NCBI RefSeq assembly: GCF_001194135.2
Contig: NC_068982.1
Location: 55,597,940 to 55,661,939, forward strand
Length of the DNA stretch: 64,000 bases
Direction of reading: 5' to 3'
Origin: Octopus bimaculoides
Taxonomy: Eukaryota
The first letter of the stretch is position 1. Each line of letters begins with the position of its first letter. The position numbers were made by a program, and so were the translations under genes. This document shows positions 1 through 13,745 of this stretch, in pieces. The notes beneath the pieces were generated by a model. It saw only the letters and a program-made list of their open reading frames with translations. It made no database searches and had not been told where the DNA came from.

Positions 1-520
1 ATCTAGCAACAGGAGATAGCTATTAAACACCTCATCAATGAGGGAGACAAGGAAGCCTTTAAGCTTCCATGTGATGTAAAATGTTGATCATGTGAGAAAG
101 GTAGATATTACCCACATCATCAACAGCTGTCCAAAGATGTCTGCAAAGTACTACCTTCTCATGAGACATAAGATTGTTACTAAAACCACTTACAGTGCTA
201 TACACAAAAAGGAATGTTCTGATAGCCGTACCAAAGGTACATCAGACTAAAACATATCCATACCTTTAAAAATTAGGAATTGGTTGAACATTCCAATAAA
301 ACAGCAACCAGGTGCATACACAATAGGCCTGATGTTATTCTAAGACAATAGAAAAAAATCATGTACAACTGTAGAGATCAGCTACTCAGTGATAATGAAT
401 GTTCCATCTAAATTGGAGAAAAGATGAATGACTTTATGCAATTAATGAAGATCAGAGACCTAATATCCAAGCTAGAGATGTTTGTACCCAGGGTATATAA
501 GAGGTAAGTTCAACTGGTAT
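1..520 (+). mobile_element. Degenerate 3' coding end of an RLE-type non-LTR retrotransposon (R4/Dong-like)
   Basis: Manual translation across stops and frameshifts: KC*SC...HIINSCPKMSAKYYL.RH (CCHC knuckle, about 80-165) and TATRCIHNRPDVIL (HNRPD at 319-333), the restriction-like endonuclease motif. Confidence 0.7.
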
Positions 521-2239
521 ATTGATCTGGAAACCAGAGAGCTAAGGAATTGCTAGTGAATATTTAAGGCCCTATCTGTCTGTCTCTGTCTTCCAGCTTA
601 ATAGTTTTGTGTTGTTAATACACTAAACATGCTTTGAGAAACCAATTTTAATGGTGAAAATTCAAAGTAAATATTCACCATCAATATCAAATATTACACA
701 CACAGACACACACACATTTGCCTGTGTAAAACCTACTGTTTTGTTACCTTCCCTATCAACTGCTTATCTATTATTTATAATAAATTGAACTTTTAGTTAT
801 TTATGAAAGAAAAAAAAAGCATAAAACTTTATAAAAAAAAAGAATTACAAACAGTGCCCAGGTTATTGCAAATCTAACAATGAAAAATTGAACAAAATTA
901 GTTTAAATTCCTTCATTAAATAAAGAAATGCAATCAATCAAAAACAAAAGAGATTGGTCCATAACAAGTGATTATTTTAACATGAGTAAAAGACTGAAAC
1001 TCCATTGATCATTTGATAGCTTATCTTCTAAAGTGTAAATTTTGATGGTATAAACAGATTTGATAAGAAGTTGTACTGTATGAAATATGGGCAAGATGAA
1101 CTAAGAATAGGATCAAAAACAGTCTTATAGATAATACAATAAAATCCCACTTAAATGAAAATAAAAATCCTTTAACAATAAAATTTATCCAAAATGCTAT
1201 AATCCTAGTAATTATCTGAAGCTATTAACATTAAAAAGCATTTAATTCTGTAGAGTATTAAAAATTATCAGTTAGCAGGAGGGATTTTCAGCAAGCATAT
1301 TCAGAATACTTAAATGAAGAATGGTGTACATCCATTCAACATAGCAGTAATATTCCCTCTCATTTTATAATCATCATTCAATATCAGAAGTAATATAATA
1401 AACCTAAAAATTTAGTTATTTGCACATATTTCTAATAAATTGCTTCACGTCTGCCTTCCATGCTGGCATGGGTGGGACAGATTTTATATCCTATACCAAT
1501 GCTTTAATTTACAATATGATAGTATTGTAAATAAATCTAGCTAAAATGACAAGAATCATATGATACAGTGATAAACTAATTCACACTTTACCAAATAGTT
1601 AACTAAATTTTAGTGTCTTATAAAACTAGAATTATTAAATAATATCAAAATATTAAATATTGTTGATAAATTTTATTCTAATTAGTATTGAGAGTTCAGA
1701 TGTCAAAGGGGAAATTTTATGAAGAAACTCAAAAAATAAAACAAGTTAATATTACTATAACTAAAACATATTTCAATTTTTTTAACCAAGTGTATACCAA
1801 AGTTACCATGCAATAAATACCTTTCACAACAATCTAGTTAAAGTGCCAGAACATCAGACTAAACAAATAATATTACAACACAAAAAACCTCTGTGTTATG
1901 GAAATAACCTATTCGTGAAAATCTTGTCATAACAGAAAATATATTTTCCCATTGATTTTCATGTTATCAAGTGAGAATGTGGTTTGATGGATTTTTCCCC
2001 AAAACAATAAAATAACAAAAAAAAAACAGCAAGACAACCACTTTTATGTATGAACATAATTTCTAAACGTATACAGTACAATATGTATAGATAAATACGC
2101 TTCAAGAGAAATACATTAGGAAATAAACAGAAATCATAATACCATAATAGGTTATGTTCCTACTACAAAACTTGGTGATTATTGTGTGAAGGGGTAGAAT
2201 GAGAATTACAAGGGAGATGAGGGACACCATCTTTTCTCT

Positions 2240-2550
2240 TACAGTTCATTATCGTCAACATCTACTTGATGTCTATGGCATAACATCTCTTTGTACAGCT
2301 CAGTATAAGGACTGAGCTCATGGTAAACTCTTCTTGTAATTTTTATGATTAGGGTTGTTATCAGCAAAACCTTGTAAATCTTCCTCAAAAAGTGCCAACT
2401 CTTTAGCAATATTCTTTGCACTTAATTTAAGTGGAGTTGGTAAAATCTCCATCGTCTCAGGTTGCTCTTCCAACAGCATCAGCTCTTCATGAGATAAACT
2501 TCCTCTATGGGATATTAGCAACTCAACCACATCATTCTCTCGGACTTATT
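2240..2550 (-). mobile_element. Tigger/pogo-like transposase C-terminal remnant
   Basis: VELLISHRGSLSHEELMLLEEQ...LSAKNIAKELALFEEDLQGFADNNPN then, frameshifted, RRVYHELSPYTELYKE; resembles the acidic helical C-terminus of Tigger transposases. Confidence 0.55.
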
Positions 2551-3203
2551 CAAATCTTATGTCATTTGCAAGTATCACAATATCTTCTGAATTTGATGGA
2601 ATTGCTTATCTTGTTCATACTATTGTTACTGTTGTTGTTGGTCATTAATGTGTTGGTGGGTTGGTAATGGAGGTGGTTGTATTGGTCTTGGTGTTGATAA
2701 TGGTGAAAGTTCATATAAATATATATACACACAGAAAGGTAAAGAGATAGAGAGATACTCATAGCAACCCAAGAAAATATACACAAATATTTGCAGTGAA
2801 AAATTCCACCTCATACACAAACACTTACATACACACATAACACACAGGTATGTATACATATGTATTGTGATTATAGTTTCTCAAGTTGTTAACTATACTT
2901 TGATCTTAGCTTAAATACTGAGAAGCAGCTTTTGGCTAAGAAGAAAGTGTGGTCTTTAAATTCTTAAAATTTATCTGAGTTTCCCAAAGGGGGAAATTTC
3001 AGACTGCATCCCAAAATTAGTGGTCATGTGCAAAATACCATAACCTGCTGTAGCTGGAACATAGGGCGTGTCTGTACTTAGTTTCAAATGTTTTAGTTTA
3101 AGATTAAAATTCTGTTGGAGATGAACTGGTCAACTTTGGCTTGTCCTTTGAAAACCAATAAAGCAAATACTGGTAACATATCAATATCAATTCAATTGAC
3201 TAA

Positions 3204-3530
3204 TTGGCACTCTGTTGGTTATGCCGATAGGTGTTCCAGCTGATCTGATCAACAGAACAGCTTACTTATGAAATTAATGTGCAAGTGGCTAAGCACTCCA
3301 CAGACACACATACCGTTAACGTGATTCTCAGGGAGATTCAGGACAACACAGAATGTGACAAGGCTGGCCCTTTGAAATACAAAGCACTACATATTTTTTT
3401 TTTAGCTGAGTGTACTAGAGTAACATGAAATAAAGTGTCTTGCTTAGGGACACAACATGCTGCCAGTTATCACACTTATGACCTAACAATCATGAGTTAA
3501 ATACCCTTACCACTAAGCCATGTGCCTTCA
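3204..3530 (-). mobile_element. tRNA-derived SINE, family C-type tail (degenerate)
   Basis: Similar in reverse orientation to the 3' half of the 39262-39645 copy. Confidence 0.7.
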
Positions 3531-4016
3531 GAATTTAAGTGACTACAGCAAAAATTGGCCAAAGGTCAAACAGAGAGAAAAAATACAGAAAAAAAGAAAC
3601 CTACCAATAACATAGTTGAATTTTGAAATGCACAAATTTCACACTCAAATCACACAGAAAAAAAAACCCATTTGAACAGTTTTATTATATCCATGAAAAA
3701 GATTTGGGCCAAAAGCATATATGTTAAGAAATATGTTAATCAATTCATTGCTCAACTTTTCCTATGTTTCAGTATCATTTAAAAACTATATTTTTGTCAT
3801 CAGTTGTTTTATTGTTACAACATGAAATATTACCGAATGAAATAATTCGGTAATTCAACTTCAAACCTATAAATATCTCAACTGAAGTTTATTTTCCATA
3901 TTTTTTTTCAACATAGTGAATTATTTCATTATCTGTTAATAAAGGACACTGGTTTTAAGGGCTAATGCTTTAAATAACATGCAACAAAAGGTGGCTCATG
4001 AAAAAAATCATTTCCT

Positions 4017-4221
4017 TAAATTGGTCTATGTGGTCCAAATATTCTATCCATTTTATGTTCAGACCAGCCAGATCTGGCTTCTCAAATCTACCCTATGAGG
4101 TCATTCTAAAAAGAAACCATCACAACATTGAAATCTTGAAGCTACGAGATAATTCATGACTAATTCAAAACAATGGGAATAAGTATTACATTTGACAATA
4201 ATCTGAGTGCTAAAAGGTTAA
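4017..4221. mobile_element. TTAA MITE (about 210 bp family), 5' end decayed
   Basis: Interior and GCTAAAAGGTTAA end match the 11357-11567 copy. Confidence 0.65.
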
Positions 4222-6780
4222 ACCATGGCTTTGGTTGAACACAATACACAAAAATGCGTACTTAGCAACTGTACTTGTAAAATAATAGATTTAGTTTTAT
4301 TGAAATAATTTGAAATAATTCAACACAATACCAACTCCAACTCTAATTAACAAAATATAAATCCAGTTAAAGTGGCTCATTATTTAATTACCATTGCTAC
4401 ACTAACTGTAATTCATTATTTGTTGTTACTGAACGAAACACTAGTCAAGCGTTTCTTATAGAGTGGGACCTTGGAAACTGAAGTTGCAAAGGAAGCTGGC
4501 AAATAGCTATGCTGAATAAAATTAAGATGGTTGATTTCCTAACCTGTCCAACACAATAACAAAGAAAGAAGAATTATATGACTGCAAACCCAATTTTGTC
4601 TTTTCATTAATAAAGGTGAAGGGGATAAAAATATTTCCCTAATATTTGGTGGAGGGGGTTAGCATTTAATTATTTGAGAACCACTGCACTAGGCCATGTG
4701 GCACATATATTCAGACAATTAACTATCCTTTATATAAATTACTTCATAGAATATGCTTCCTTTAACACTACTTGTTATAGGATCAAAAGGTTATAGTTTC
4801 TTTTGCAGCACTTGCCAAGTCTAGCAGTTTTCACACATATACCAAGTATATTGTGTGCAGTTGTTTTAATATAGTAGTCAAAGCCCTTAATAATCCAAAC
4901 TTAGAATCCAGTTCAGTTCCCAAATGGTGACATTAAGCTTCATATATATTTCATGCTTGTAAACATTCACTTTCTCTCCCCTCTTATAGTACACATGCAC
5001 ACAAACTACTAGGCTTGTGTGAGAGTAAAATGCACAAATGTGCTTGAGTGAACATTTGCAGAGCATTAATCATGAAGTCTTCAACTAATCAACAGAGTTT
5101 GAAAAATAAAAAAGCCAAAAAATATGTAGTAAATCTCAATTTTTTTTTTTTTTTGCAATATAAATAATAGTCTAGACTCTCCAAATCATTGATAATCTTC
5201 CTTTTGTGGTCTACAATTGTAATGCAATGGAATGAAGTCAACAGCATAATCTGTTATACTAACATTTATATTATTTACAAATCAATTGACTGATAAATAT
5301 TTAAAATTAACTATGATATATGTATGAATAAATATATTTTCTATTAGATTCCACAGCTCAATAGAGTAGCCCAGTACTTAAGTTTACTGGGACTGTGGAT
5401 TCAAATCCAGTCAAAAGTACTTTTCTAATATTAAAATAAGGATGGAGTTCAACAAAATTTGTAAAATAGTTACCAACACAGTCATAGTTATAGCATAGGA
5501 AAATGTTATGGAATGATTATGCCCTTGATTTTGATCCCTGGTTAAGATTGATTATAGTGTTTGCTATATACATTATTCTTTCACTACATTTTCAGTAATT
5601 TTTACAGCTTAGAAAGGCAAAGAGAAGTGAACCACTTTTTTCTCAGAGACAATTATATGTAGCTCTTTCTAGAGTGCATTCATTCTTTGATGTAGATAAA
5701 AATTCTCATGATAGAAGAGGTGACAAATAAGTGTATAACAAAAAACATAGCTTTCAAAAGATGCTTTCTCCTCAGACTGCAACATCAGTACAATGTGGAC
5801 TTTACACCATCTCAAGAATTAAACATTTCAGAAACTACAATTCCCTAAGAAATTATGTATTTCATGGTTTTCTTTAAACTTTAAATAATCTTAGAGTTTT
5901 CAAAATAACTGGAATTTCCATGGATGTTGTTAGTGTCAAATAAATATTTTGCAGACATAAATCTGTAAAATTAACAAGTCATTATTTGTCTCAGCACAGA
6001 AGCCCCCTAACAGGATCTTATAAACTTGCAGTTCTTTCCTGGTACTAAAAAGATTGCCAATCTCTGACTGAGTCCCTAATTCCCAAATGTCTTTGCTGAT
6101 TTTAATATAATTTCTTGTATAAACGCAGAATCAAGAACATTATGCTCATCTCATTTTTCCTGGCATTACAAACTTTTCACTTTTATAAAAATTTCATTGC
6201 TCTGTGAAACACTATTAATGTGGCAGTTCATTAAAAAGAAAGGAAGAAAAAAGATATTGAGAAAGATAAGAGAGAAAACTTCAGTCATTAGGCAAAAGAA
6301 CTCAACTATTAAGCTCTTTGTAGCTCTATCCCATTTCTATGCCTTGTTTCATCAGACAGCAACTCATAAAACTATTATGTCATTTTCAGTCTCAACAATT
6401 TGTTTAGCAATTTGTATTTATACCATTTCAGTTTAACACAAATCTAAGCCCTAGTTTGGTTAGTTAAGAGAATGACAAGTATGCTGTCATTACAGCACAC
6501 AACTATTTAAATTTTCTGGTACAGAAATCTGTGTTCTTATGTCAATATAAGAAGTAATTATAATAGGGCAGGAGTATAATTGATTCAATCATGTAAAATA
6601 TTATTGGCACATATTTTATTGATACCAAGGGATAAAAGTCAAAGTAAACCTCAACAGAAGTTGAATTCAAAACAAAGAGACTTTACTGTAATGCTGTAAA
6701 GTACTTTGATGAATGATTTTTTGTATTTGCCAATAATAATGGTTCCTTAGTTACAAAAAAAAATATAGAATTGATACCAT

Positions 6781-7070
6781 TTGAAGAGGGCTAAGACCAA
6801 GAAGTCCCCACAATCCTGGAAGTTTTTGATAAAGGAATCAACTGATGCCCTTCATCTCATTGAAGTGAGGATGACAAATTTACAGGAAAAAGATCCTAAT
6901 GCAAAGAGACTCAGCAAACTTCAGATAGTTGCAGATGGCCACAGTTGCTTCAAGGCCATTTATAATGACAAAATGAAAAGTTTTATTGAAGGTTCCATTG
7001 CTGTTTACTTCAAAAAAATTGACTCCAGAAATAAAGCTCTAGAACCAAACCCTAATTCTCCAGAACAGGT
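6781..7070 (+). mobile_element. Tigger/pogo-like transposase C-terminal remnant
   Basis: ORF 6781-7182: LQEKDPNAKRLSKLQIVADGHSCFKAIYNDKMKSFIEGSIAVYFKKID resembles Tigger1-type DPNxERxxKV...CYxxIYDEKKR...QxSLDxFFKRVD. Confidence 0.65.
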
Positions 7071-8453
7071 TCACCATTCTTTAACAGTAGTCATCTCTCC
7101 ATCTTCTTCCACATCAACATCATTTAACATCTGTTTTCCATGTTGGAATGGGTTGAACATCGTTCAATTAATATTATCTTAATCAAGTATGCTACTTCTG
7201 ATATGCAAGAATTGTTAGGAATAAGAGTGAATATTAAACTTTAATCATTGTCTTCTTTTCTCTATCTAAACTGCTGAAGTGTTTTTTTTTCTTCGTGTTT
7301 TTATACTTCTTCCTACAGACTCAATTATCATTTGACAAACTCAGAGTATTGGACAAAATGCTTTGTGGCATTTGTTATAGATCTTTATGTTCTGAGTTCA
7401 AGGTCAATTTTACCTTTTATTCTTGTGTGGTTGATAAAATAAAGTACCAGTCAAGTAATGGTGTGAAGTTCTTTTCATATAGATTGCTTCCCCAAATATC
7501 ACCTTCCATCTGCATCACATCTCTTGCACTCTACATTTGATTTCTCTAATACTCAGCTTATTTGTGTTCATTACACCCAGCAAAGCATGCTATCCAACCA
7601 TTGTACATTACTGCATCCAATGACCAAGTTTCACTGCCACCTCAATGAGAGAGAAAATACTTTTTTGCCAGTTGAGGCAATATCTCCCTAAACATTTTCC
7701 ATACCATTCTTTCTCTGGCTATGTTTTCAGAGCAAAGTAACAGAAGCTATCGATTACTTATTATGGAACCTTCTGAGCATTTGAAAGAATTTATTTCACA
7801 AGTGCTCTTACTACAAAGAACTCTTGTAATAAAGGAAATGCTTTACATATTGTCTGAAGAATTATGAGAGAATGTGGAAATAAGTGCACCAGCCTCTTAG
7901 TATTCATTCTGAACAAAAATTTAATATTTCAACACCTAGAAGTTGTGAACACCTAAAGAAGATCTTTAGCATGAAAACAACCAAGAAAGAAAAACAGCAT
8001 CCAAAGAAACCTATGAATATCTGTACCAGAACACATTGGTTTCTGATGAAGGGCCTGGTTTTAATCTTTAGAATTCAGTTTTTATCCATGAAAATAACTA
8101 AGAATATTCTAGTTCATACTTGTCAAACTTGAGGGAAATCAGAGAAAACTATTTTTAAACATCATTAAAGTAATATCAATTAAAACCTTAAGCAGAACAT
8201 CAATCAAAATAAGTATAAGAAATTGTCAATTTTGAAAATTTAGATAGAAAAGTATAATGTACACAAGAGATGAAGACAAAACAAGGCATCCTGTAATAAA
8301 ACAAGAGAGAATCATTAAAGGTAAACAAAACAAGACTTAAATACACTTATTGAAATAGTATTACCAAATTCAAGACATTCTTCATAGGACATGATCCAAT
8401 AGATATATCAAGTGTTCATTCACAAGACAACATATTTTAAATTGTAAATGCCA

Positions 8454-10386
8454 GTAACCCAATATTGCATACTGTAATAAACCAACAAACCAAAAAAATG
8501 CCATGGTGTTGATTTAAAGCCATTTTGCATTTTGAATCCTAAATGTAAACAAAGCTCTACAGCAAAAACTTACTCTCTTTACTTCAAAACAACCAGTAGG
8601 CAAACTTTCTTTATGAACAAATTTTCTTTTTACGATTACACAAAACTGTTTAAAGTTGTGTTACTTATTAAACAAAATTGTTGGTCAATCTTGATAGAAA
8701 AGCATGTAAAATGTTGTTTTTATGCTTTGCTACTTCAAAGTAACACTGTACGTTCTAGCATAATTACATGCTGAAAGTGACTGAATGTACATGTTTTAAA
8801 ATGATAATTTCAGGTTTTCGTGAGCAACTTTCTAAAGCCTTTCAGATGAACTGCAGCAGTTTCTATGGTGAAAAGAAACTGCTTCCTCTCATTGCACAAA
8901 AGTTACAAGACATTCTACTACCTGATGTATTGGAGGAAAGTGAATTGTCATCTGACAGTAATGATGATAATGATGAGTGTGTTACACAGCAAAATAGTAA
9001 GAGTGAAACATAGGGTTGAAGAATCGCACAAATATGCTATTCAAAGTAACCCCAATACACCACTCAATTTGACGAGCTGAGCTGGAGCAAATTTTTGGAA
9101 TTCTTTACATGATGAATCTCATCAAGATGCCCCTGGAACAAAGAATCCAACTGCCAGTGTCTTGACTGTACATTGTTTCAAACAAATTGAAAAGTTTTTA
9201 CACAGCAATTACAATCTGACCAGTCCTCAAGACTGTACAGAGAGATGGTGCAAAGTTAGGCCAATTGTTGACTCATTGAAAAAAAAAAGTTTGCAGAAAT
9301 TAACCCATGTGAATATATGAAAGGTTATGCATTGATGAGCAAATGCTTCCTTTCAAAAGCAAATCTAGAATCAAGCAATATAACCCCCAGTAACTAAAGA
9401 AGTGGAGTTATAAGTTGTATGTGTTATCAGGAATAGATGGACTTATCCACAATCATGAGGTTCACACTGATGCAATTGGAATATGTCCAAATCAGCAAGA
9501 CTGAAAAACCTCTGGAAATATTGTGACAATTTTGTTGCAAAATATACCAAGAAACATGGCACTAACTGTGTTTCAACAATTGGTATACAGGAGTTGACCT
9601 TGTCAATACCCTACATGAACAGGGTATAGCACGTGTTGGTACAGTGCATACCAATTGTAAACTATCATCAGATGCAGCATTAAAGAAAAAAGGTAGGGTC
9701 TGTTGAAGTATGGATGATCAATTTTAGTGATGTGGAGTTACATGTTGTAAAATGGTTTGATAACAGGTGTTACTCTCTGTTGTCAATATATGAAGCAGCC
9801 AATCCAACCCTTGAAGTCTCCAGATTTGAAAGAAGAGTGTCAAGTAACCATCCCATGCCCTTCAATTGTTAACACAAACAACAAATTTATTGGCAGGGGT
9901 TGATTTACTGAATGGGCTATTGAACCTTTACACAATCTGCATGGATGGTATAGATCACTGGCTCCAGTACATGGAAGGCAACAAGAGGGCAGATGCAAGA
10001 ATCCAGTTTGTGAGTCCATTACAAGGGTTATCTGTGGTAAATGTTAACTTTTGTTTTACTGCAAAATCAAACTGTTTCAAGCACTTTCACACTGTCAGAT
10101 GACAATTCACTTTCCTCTAATACATCAGACAATTTCCAGACAATTACAGCTTTTTATTGTTATTCTTTGTGTTTTTAGATAGCCTTGATATGATTACATT
10201 TCAAGTATTTATTTACTATCTTTGTATATTATTGCTTTAAATTAACAAAGCCCAAAATGCCCAAATATTCATACTTGCATAGAAATTTGCAATGATTCAC
10301 TTTTTTGGCTGTGGATTTTGATTATCTTTCAGTAAAAATGATTTTTTTTTAGTATGTCCTTAATAATTCATGCAATATAGGGTTAA
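8454..10386 (+). mobile_element. Decayed piggyBac-superfamily DNA transposon with terminal inverted repeats
   Basis: Left (G)TAA-CCCAATATTGCAT at 8454-8470 and right ATGCAATATAGGG-TTAA at 10370-10386. Internal frameshifted transposase pieces: KVRPIVDSL, LCIDEQMLPFKSKSRIKQYNP, KKWSYKLYVLSG, FNNWYTGV, GTVH, KWFDNR, AGVDLLNGLL. Confidence 0.85.
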
Positions 10387-11356
10387 AAGAGATGATTATA
10401 AAATAATCTCTTTTGATGAGACAAGCTTTTAAAGAGAGAAGCATATAATCAATATAATTGACACAGTTCTCTTATTGGTACTATTTTAAAGACCTTGAAG
10501 GTATCAAAAACAAAGCTGATGTTGGTGGAAATTAAATTCACAACTGGAAGACATGAAACTTTACTATAAAACAATTATCTGGTTCCTCTACAGATTTGGC
10601 CATGTATTTCTTTGCTATGATTATTTTTTTATATAAATAACTAGGGAGTTACAAATATAGAGGGAGAGAATTAAGGCCATGATACTGATATCTTTCACAA
10701 TGGCATTAGTGGTATAACACAAAGAACTGGCATCAATCCAGAATCAACAGAGAGCCATAAACCATCTGCCTAATTTGCAGAGACTAACCTACTCTAAACT
10801 CTGACCCACAAATGCACCATCTTCTTGTTGCCTATTTTACCACTACAATAATGGCTGTTACTACCTCAAACTCATTCTCATAGGATATCCTTTCTCTGCT
10901 GCCTCTTCTCACTAACCACTACATCCAGTCTTTCCTCTCAAGAATATCAACTTCTGGACTACCCTTCCTACCCACATTTTTCCTACAAATGTTGACTTAC
11001 AGATGCTCAAACTGACTATCAACCATGTCGCTATCACTAGTCCCAGAAGACCTGCGAAGTTCATGAGTACTTTCTTCTGACCAAACAATATAAAATGAAA
11101 TTTTTCTCTATAGTGCTTCCAGTTAATAATTTATCATACTGGTGCAAGGTCAAAAATTTGTAGGAGATAGACAGAGTCAATTTAATTGACTATCACCAGT
11201 CTAGTATCTATAAATCCTAAATGAATGAAAGAAGAAGAATAAACTGGTAGAAACTAAATACCAAAAGACATTTAATCAGGTACTATCATTCCTGCCATAA
11301 ACAATGAAGCTTTGAATTTAGTTAGAAGAGGAGGAGCAGAAATTTAAAAAAAAAGT

Positions 11357-11567
11357 TTAACCCTTTAGTATTTAAACCAGCCATATCCAGCCCAAATATT
11401 CTGTTTTATGTTCAAACTGGCCTCTCACACATACCCTACAATATCATTCTAAAAATAAACAATCACATCATCAAAATCTCAAAGCTATGAGATGTGGGAT
11501 TAAGTCAAAACAATCTTAATAAACACGCATTACATTTGACAAAGTAATCTGAATGCTAAAGGGTTAA
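11357..11567. mobile_element. TTAA MITE (piggyBac-type non-autonomous, about 210 bp)
   Basis: TTAA-CCCTTTAG...CTAAAGGG-TTAA termini; homologous copies at 4017, 27343 and 53134. Confidence 0.85.
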
Positions 11568-11704
11568 AAGTAAATAATAATATTTGCATAATTGAATCTA
11601 CCTATATACAATCTCATAATTTTTTTTTTTTCCAGTTTTCTGCAATTTCCATTTTCTTCCATGAGTTAGTCCAATTAATCATATTCTCTTGATCCTACCC
11701 TAGT

Positions 11705-11818
11705 TAGTGGCTTTTACCAAGCCAAATCAGATTGGAGCCTGATGTAGCCATCTGGTTCACCAGTCCTCAGTCAAATCGTCCAACCCATGGAAAGCAGACG
11801 TTAAACGATGATGATGAT
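11705..11818 (+). mobile_element. RTE LINE 3' tail fragment
   Basis: Matches the 3' end of the 41995-44460 element; ends GTTAAACGATGATGAT. Confidence 0.8.
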
Positions 11819-12518
11819 AACTCCAAATATCTGCTCAACACGATTGTTGAGTGTCATAATTAGTTATTTTATGCCTGTCATAATTATAACTTTTTAATCA
11901 CATATCTAAACTACATCAAGACTTTCTCATGATATGACATGATATTAAATACAGCTTTTAATATCAAGCTGTATTTTTTAAACAGCTGAAACACAGCTGA
12001 AATTGTTCTTTAAGAGAATGAAGAGGCACTACACTTTCATACTGACACAAAATTAACTTCTGTTTCAAATTATTCCACTGAAAATACAATCACTTCTGTT
12101 CCAAAAAGTCCCCTACTCATGACCAAATACAAATTTATCCACAAAGGGCAATACCATAATAAACAAAATATCTATATTTTTCTGATATACTTACAAGTTT
12201 CTTCTTTTATCAAATATTCATAATAGGTCTCCAAGATACTATTTATTAATAATTAGGTGGAATCCACTTAATTATGACTTGTATCAAGAAAAAATAAAGG
12301 CTCTATTTTCATTGTCACAGATGAAAATACATCAGAAGCCATTTAATTTGTAGGAGGAGTCAATTAAACTGACTATCCTAAATGAAAGAAGAAAAATAAA
12401 ATGAAGTGGGAGAAACTAAATTCAGAAGATAACCAAATACCAAAGACATTTAACCAGGTGCTATCACTTTGGGACAGTTTTTTCAATAAGAACTGGTTGA
12501 TAACATTATGTAGACATC

Positions 12519-12960
12519 ATCATCATCATCATTGTTTAATGTCCGCTTTCCATGCTAGCATGGGTTGGACGATTTGACTGAGGACTGGTGAACCAGATGG
12601 CTACACCAGGCTCCACTCTGATTTGGCAGAGTTTCTACAGCTGGATGCCCTTCCTAACGCCAACCACTCCAAGAGTGTAGTGGGTGCTTTTACGTGCCAC
12701 CAGCACGAAGGCCAGTCAGGAAGTACTGGCAACGGCCACGCTCGAAATGGTATATTTTACGTACCACCTGCACAAGGGCCAGTCAAGCGGTACTGGCAAC
12801 GAACTCGCTCGAATGTCTTTTCACGTGCCACTGGCACAAGTGCCAGGAAAGCGATGTTGGTAACGGTCACACTCAAATGGTGCTATTTACGTGCCACCGG
12901 CACGAAAGCCAGACAGCTAGTGCTCTGGCAACGATCACGCTCGGACGGTGCTCTTAGTGA
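12519..12960 (-). mobile_element. 5'-truncated RTE LINE 3' UTR copy
   Basis: (CAT)n-GTTTAATGTCCGCTTTCCATGCTAGCATGG...GGATGCCCTTCCTAACGCC; reverse complement of 43950-44460. Confidence 0.85.
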
Positions 12961-13594
12961 TAACAATATCTGGACCTTTGATTCTATTTTTATTTTCTTT
13001 CACGTTTATTTTTCCATGCTAGTATGGGTTAAACAAATATACTATTGAAGCTTTGTTTTACAACCAGATGCTCTGGCTGTCACTAACCCTTACTTGTTTT
13101 CCAAGTAAAGGTGCCATTATATCAAACATCTTTGAAGCTGCAAAGTCAGCAAACAATTTACTGACAAGGGAAATAACAACATCACTGCTTGTAGCTCAGC
13201 AATTTTTGGAGAAATGCAAATGTAAACAAACATACAGATGTATACATGTACATCAATCCTACTAGCTTTGTCTGACCAAAGCCTTATGAGAGAACTTGAT
13301 AGATGGAAACAGAAAGAAGCCGGTTATGTAGGTGTGTGTTTGTGTGCAGGTTTGTTTACATTTGCATCTAATGGTGATACTGTCACCTCTGTCAACAAAT
13401 TCTTTGCTTGCTTTATGCCTTCATAGAAGTGTGAAATAAGAGATCTCTTACTTGAAAAAGAGGTTAGCAACAGGGAGGGCATCCAGTATCCTGCAGTCAA
13501 ACAAAGCCTCAATAATATTTATTTGTGTAACCTATGGTAGCATAGAAAAATGGACATAAAAACAAATATATATATATATATATATATATTTCAC

Positions 13595-13745
13595 ATGACA
13601 AGTTGCTTTCAGTTTCCATTCACCCACATTGTTTTGGTTAGCATTGGGTTCTAGAAGACATTTGCCCAAAGTACCATACAGTGGAACTGAACCTGAAACC
13701 ACATGGTTAGAAAGAAAACTTCATAGCCACATAGCAATGTCTGTT
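13595..13745 (-). mobile_element. SINE family A head (degenerate)
   Basis: Reverse of the tRNA-like head plus CCTTGGGCAAGT motif seen in better copies (26505-26865). Confidence 0.65.

Noticed and set aside
520-700. Shared 3' tail between the R4-like remnant and SINE family B
   Set aside because: Only about 10 bp of AT-rich similarity (TTTGA.AAACCAAT); insufficient to claim a LINE-SINE partnership.
7731-8130. Coding-like stretch (QSNRSYRLLIMEPSEHLKEFISQ...EEL*) after a good acceptor
   Set aside because: No recognisable homology, multiple stops downstream and no partner exons identified; cannot distinguish exon from decayed element.
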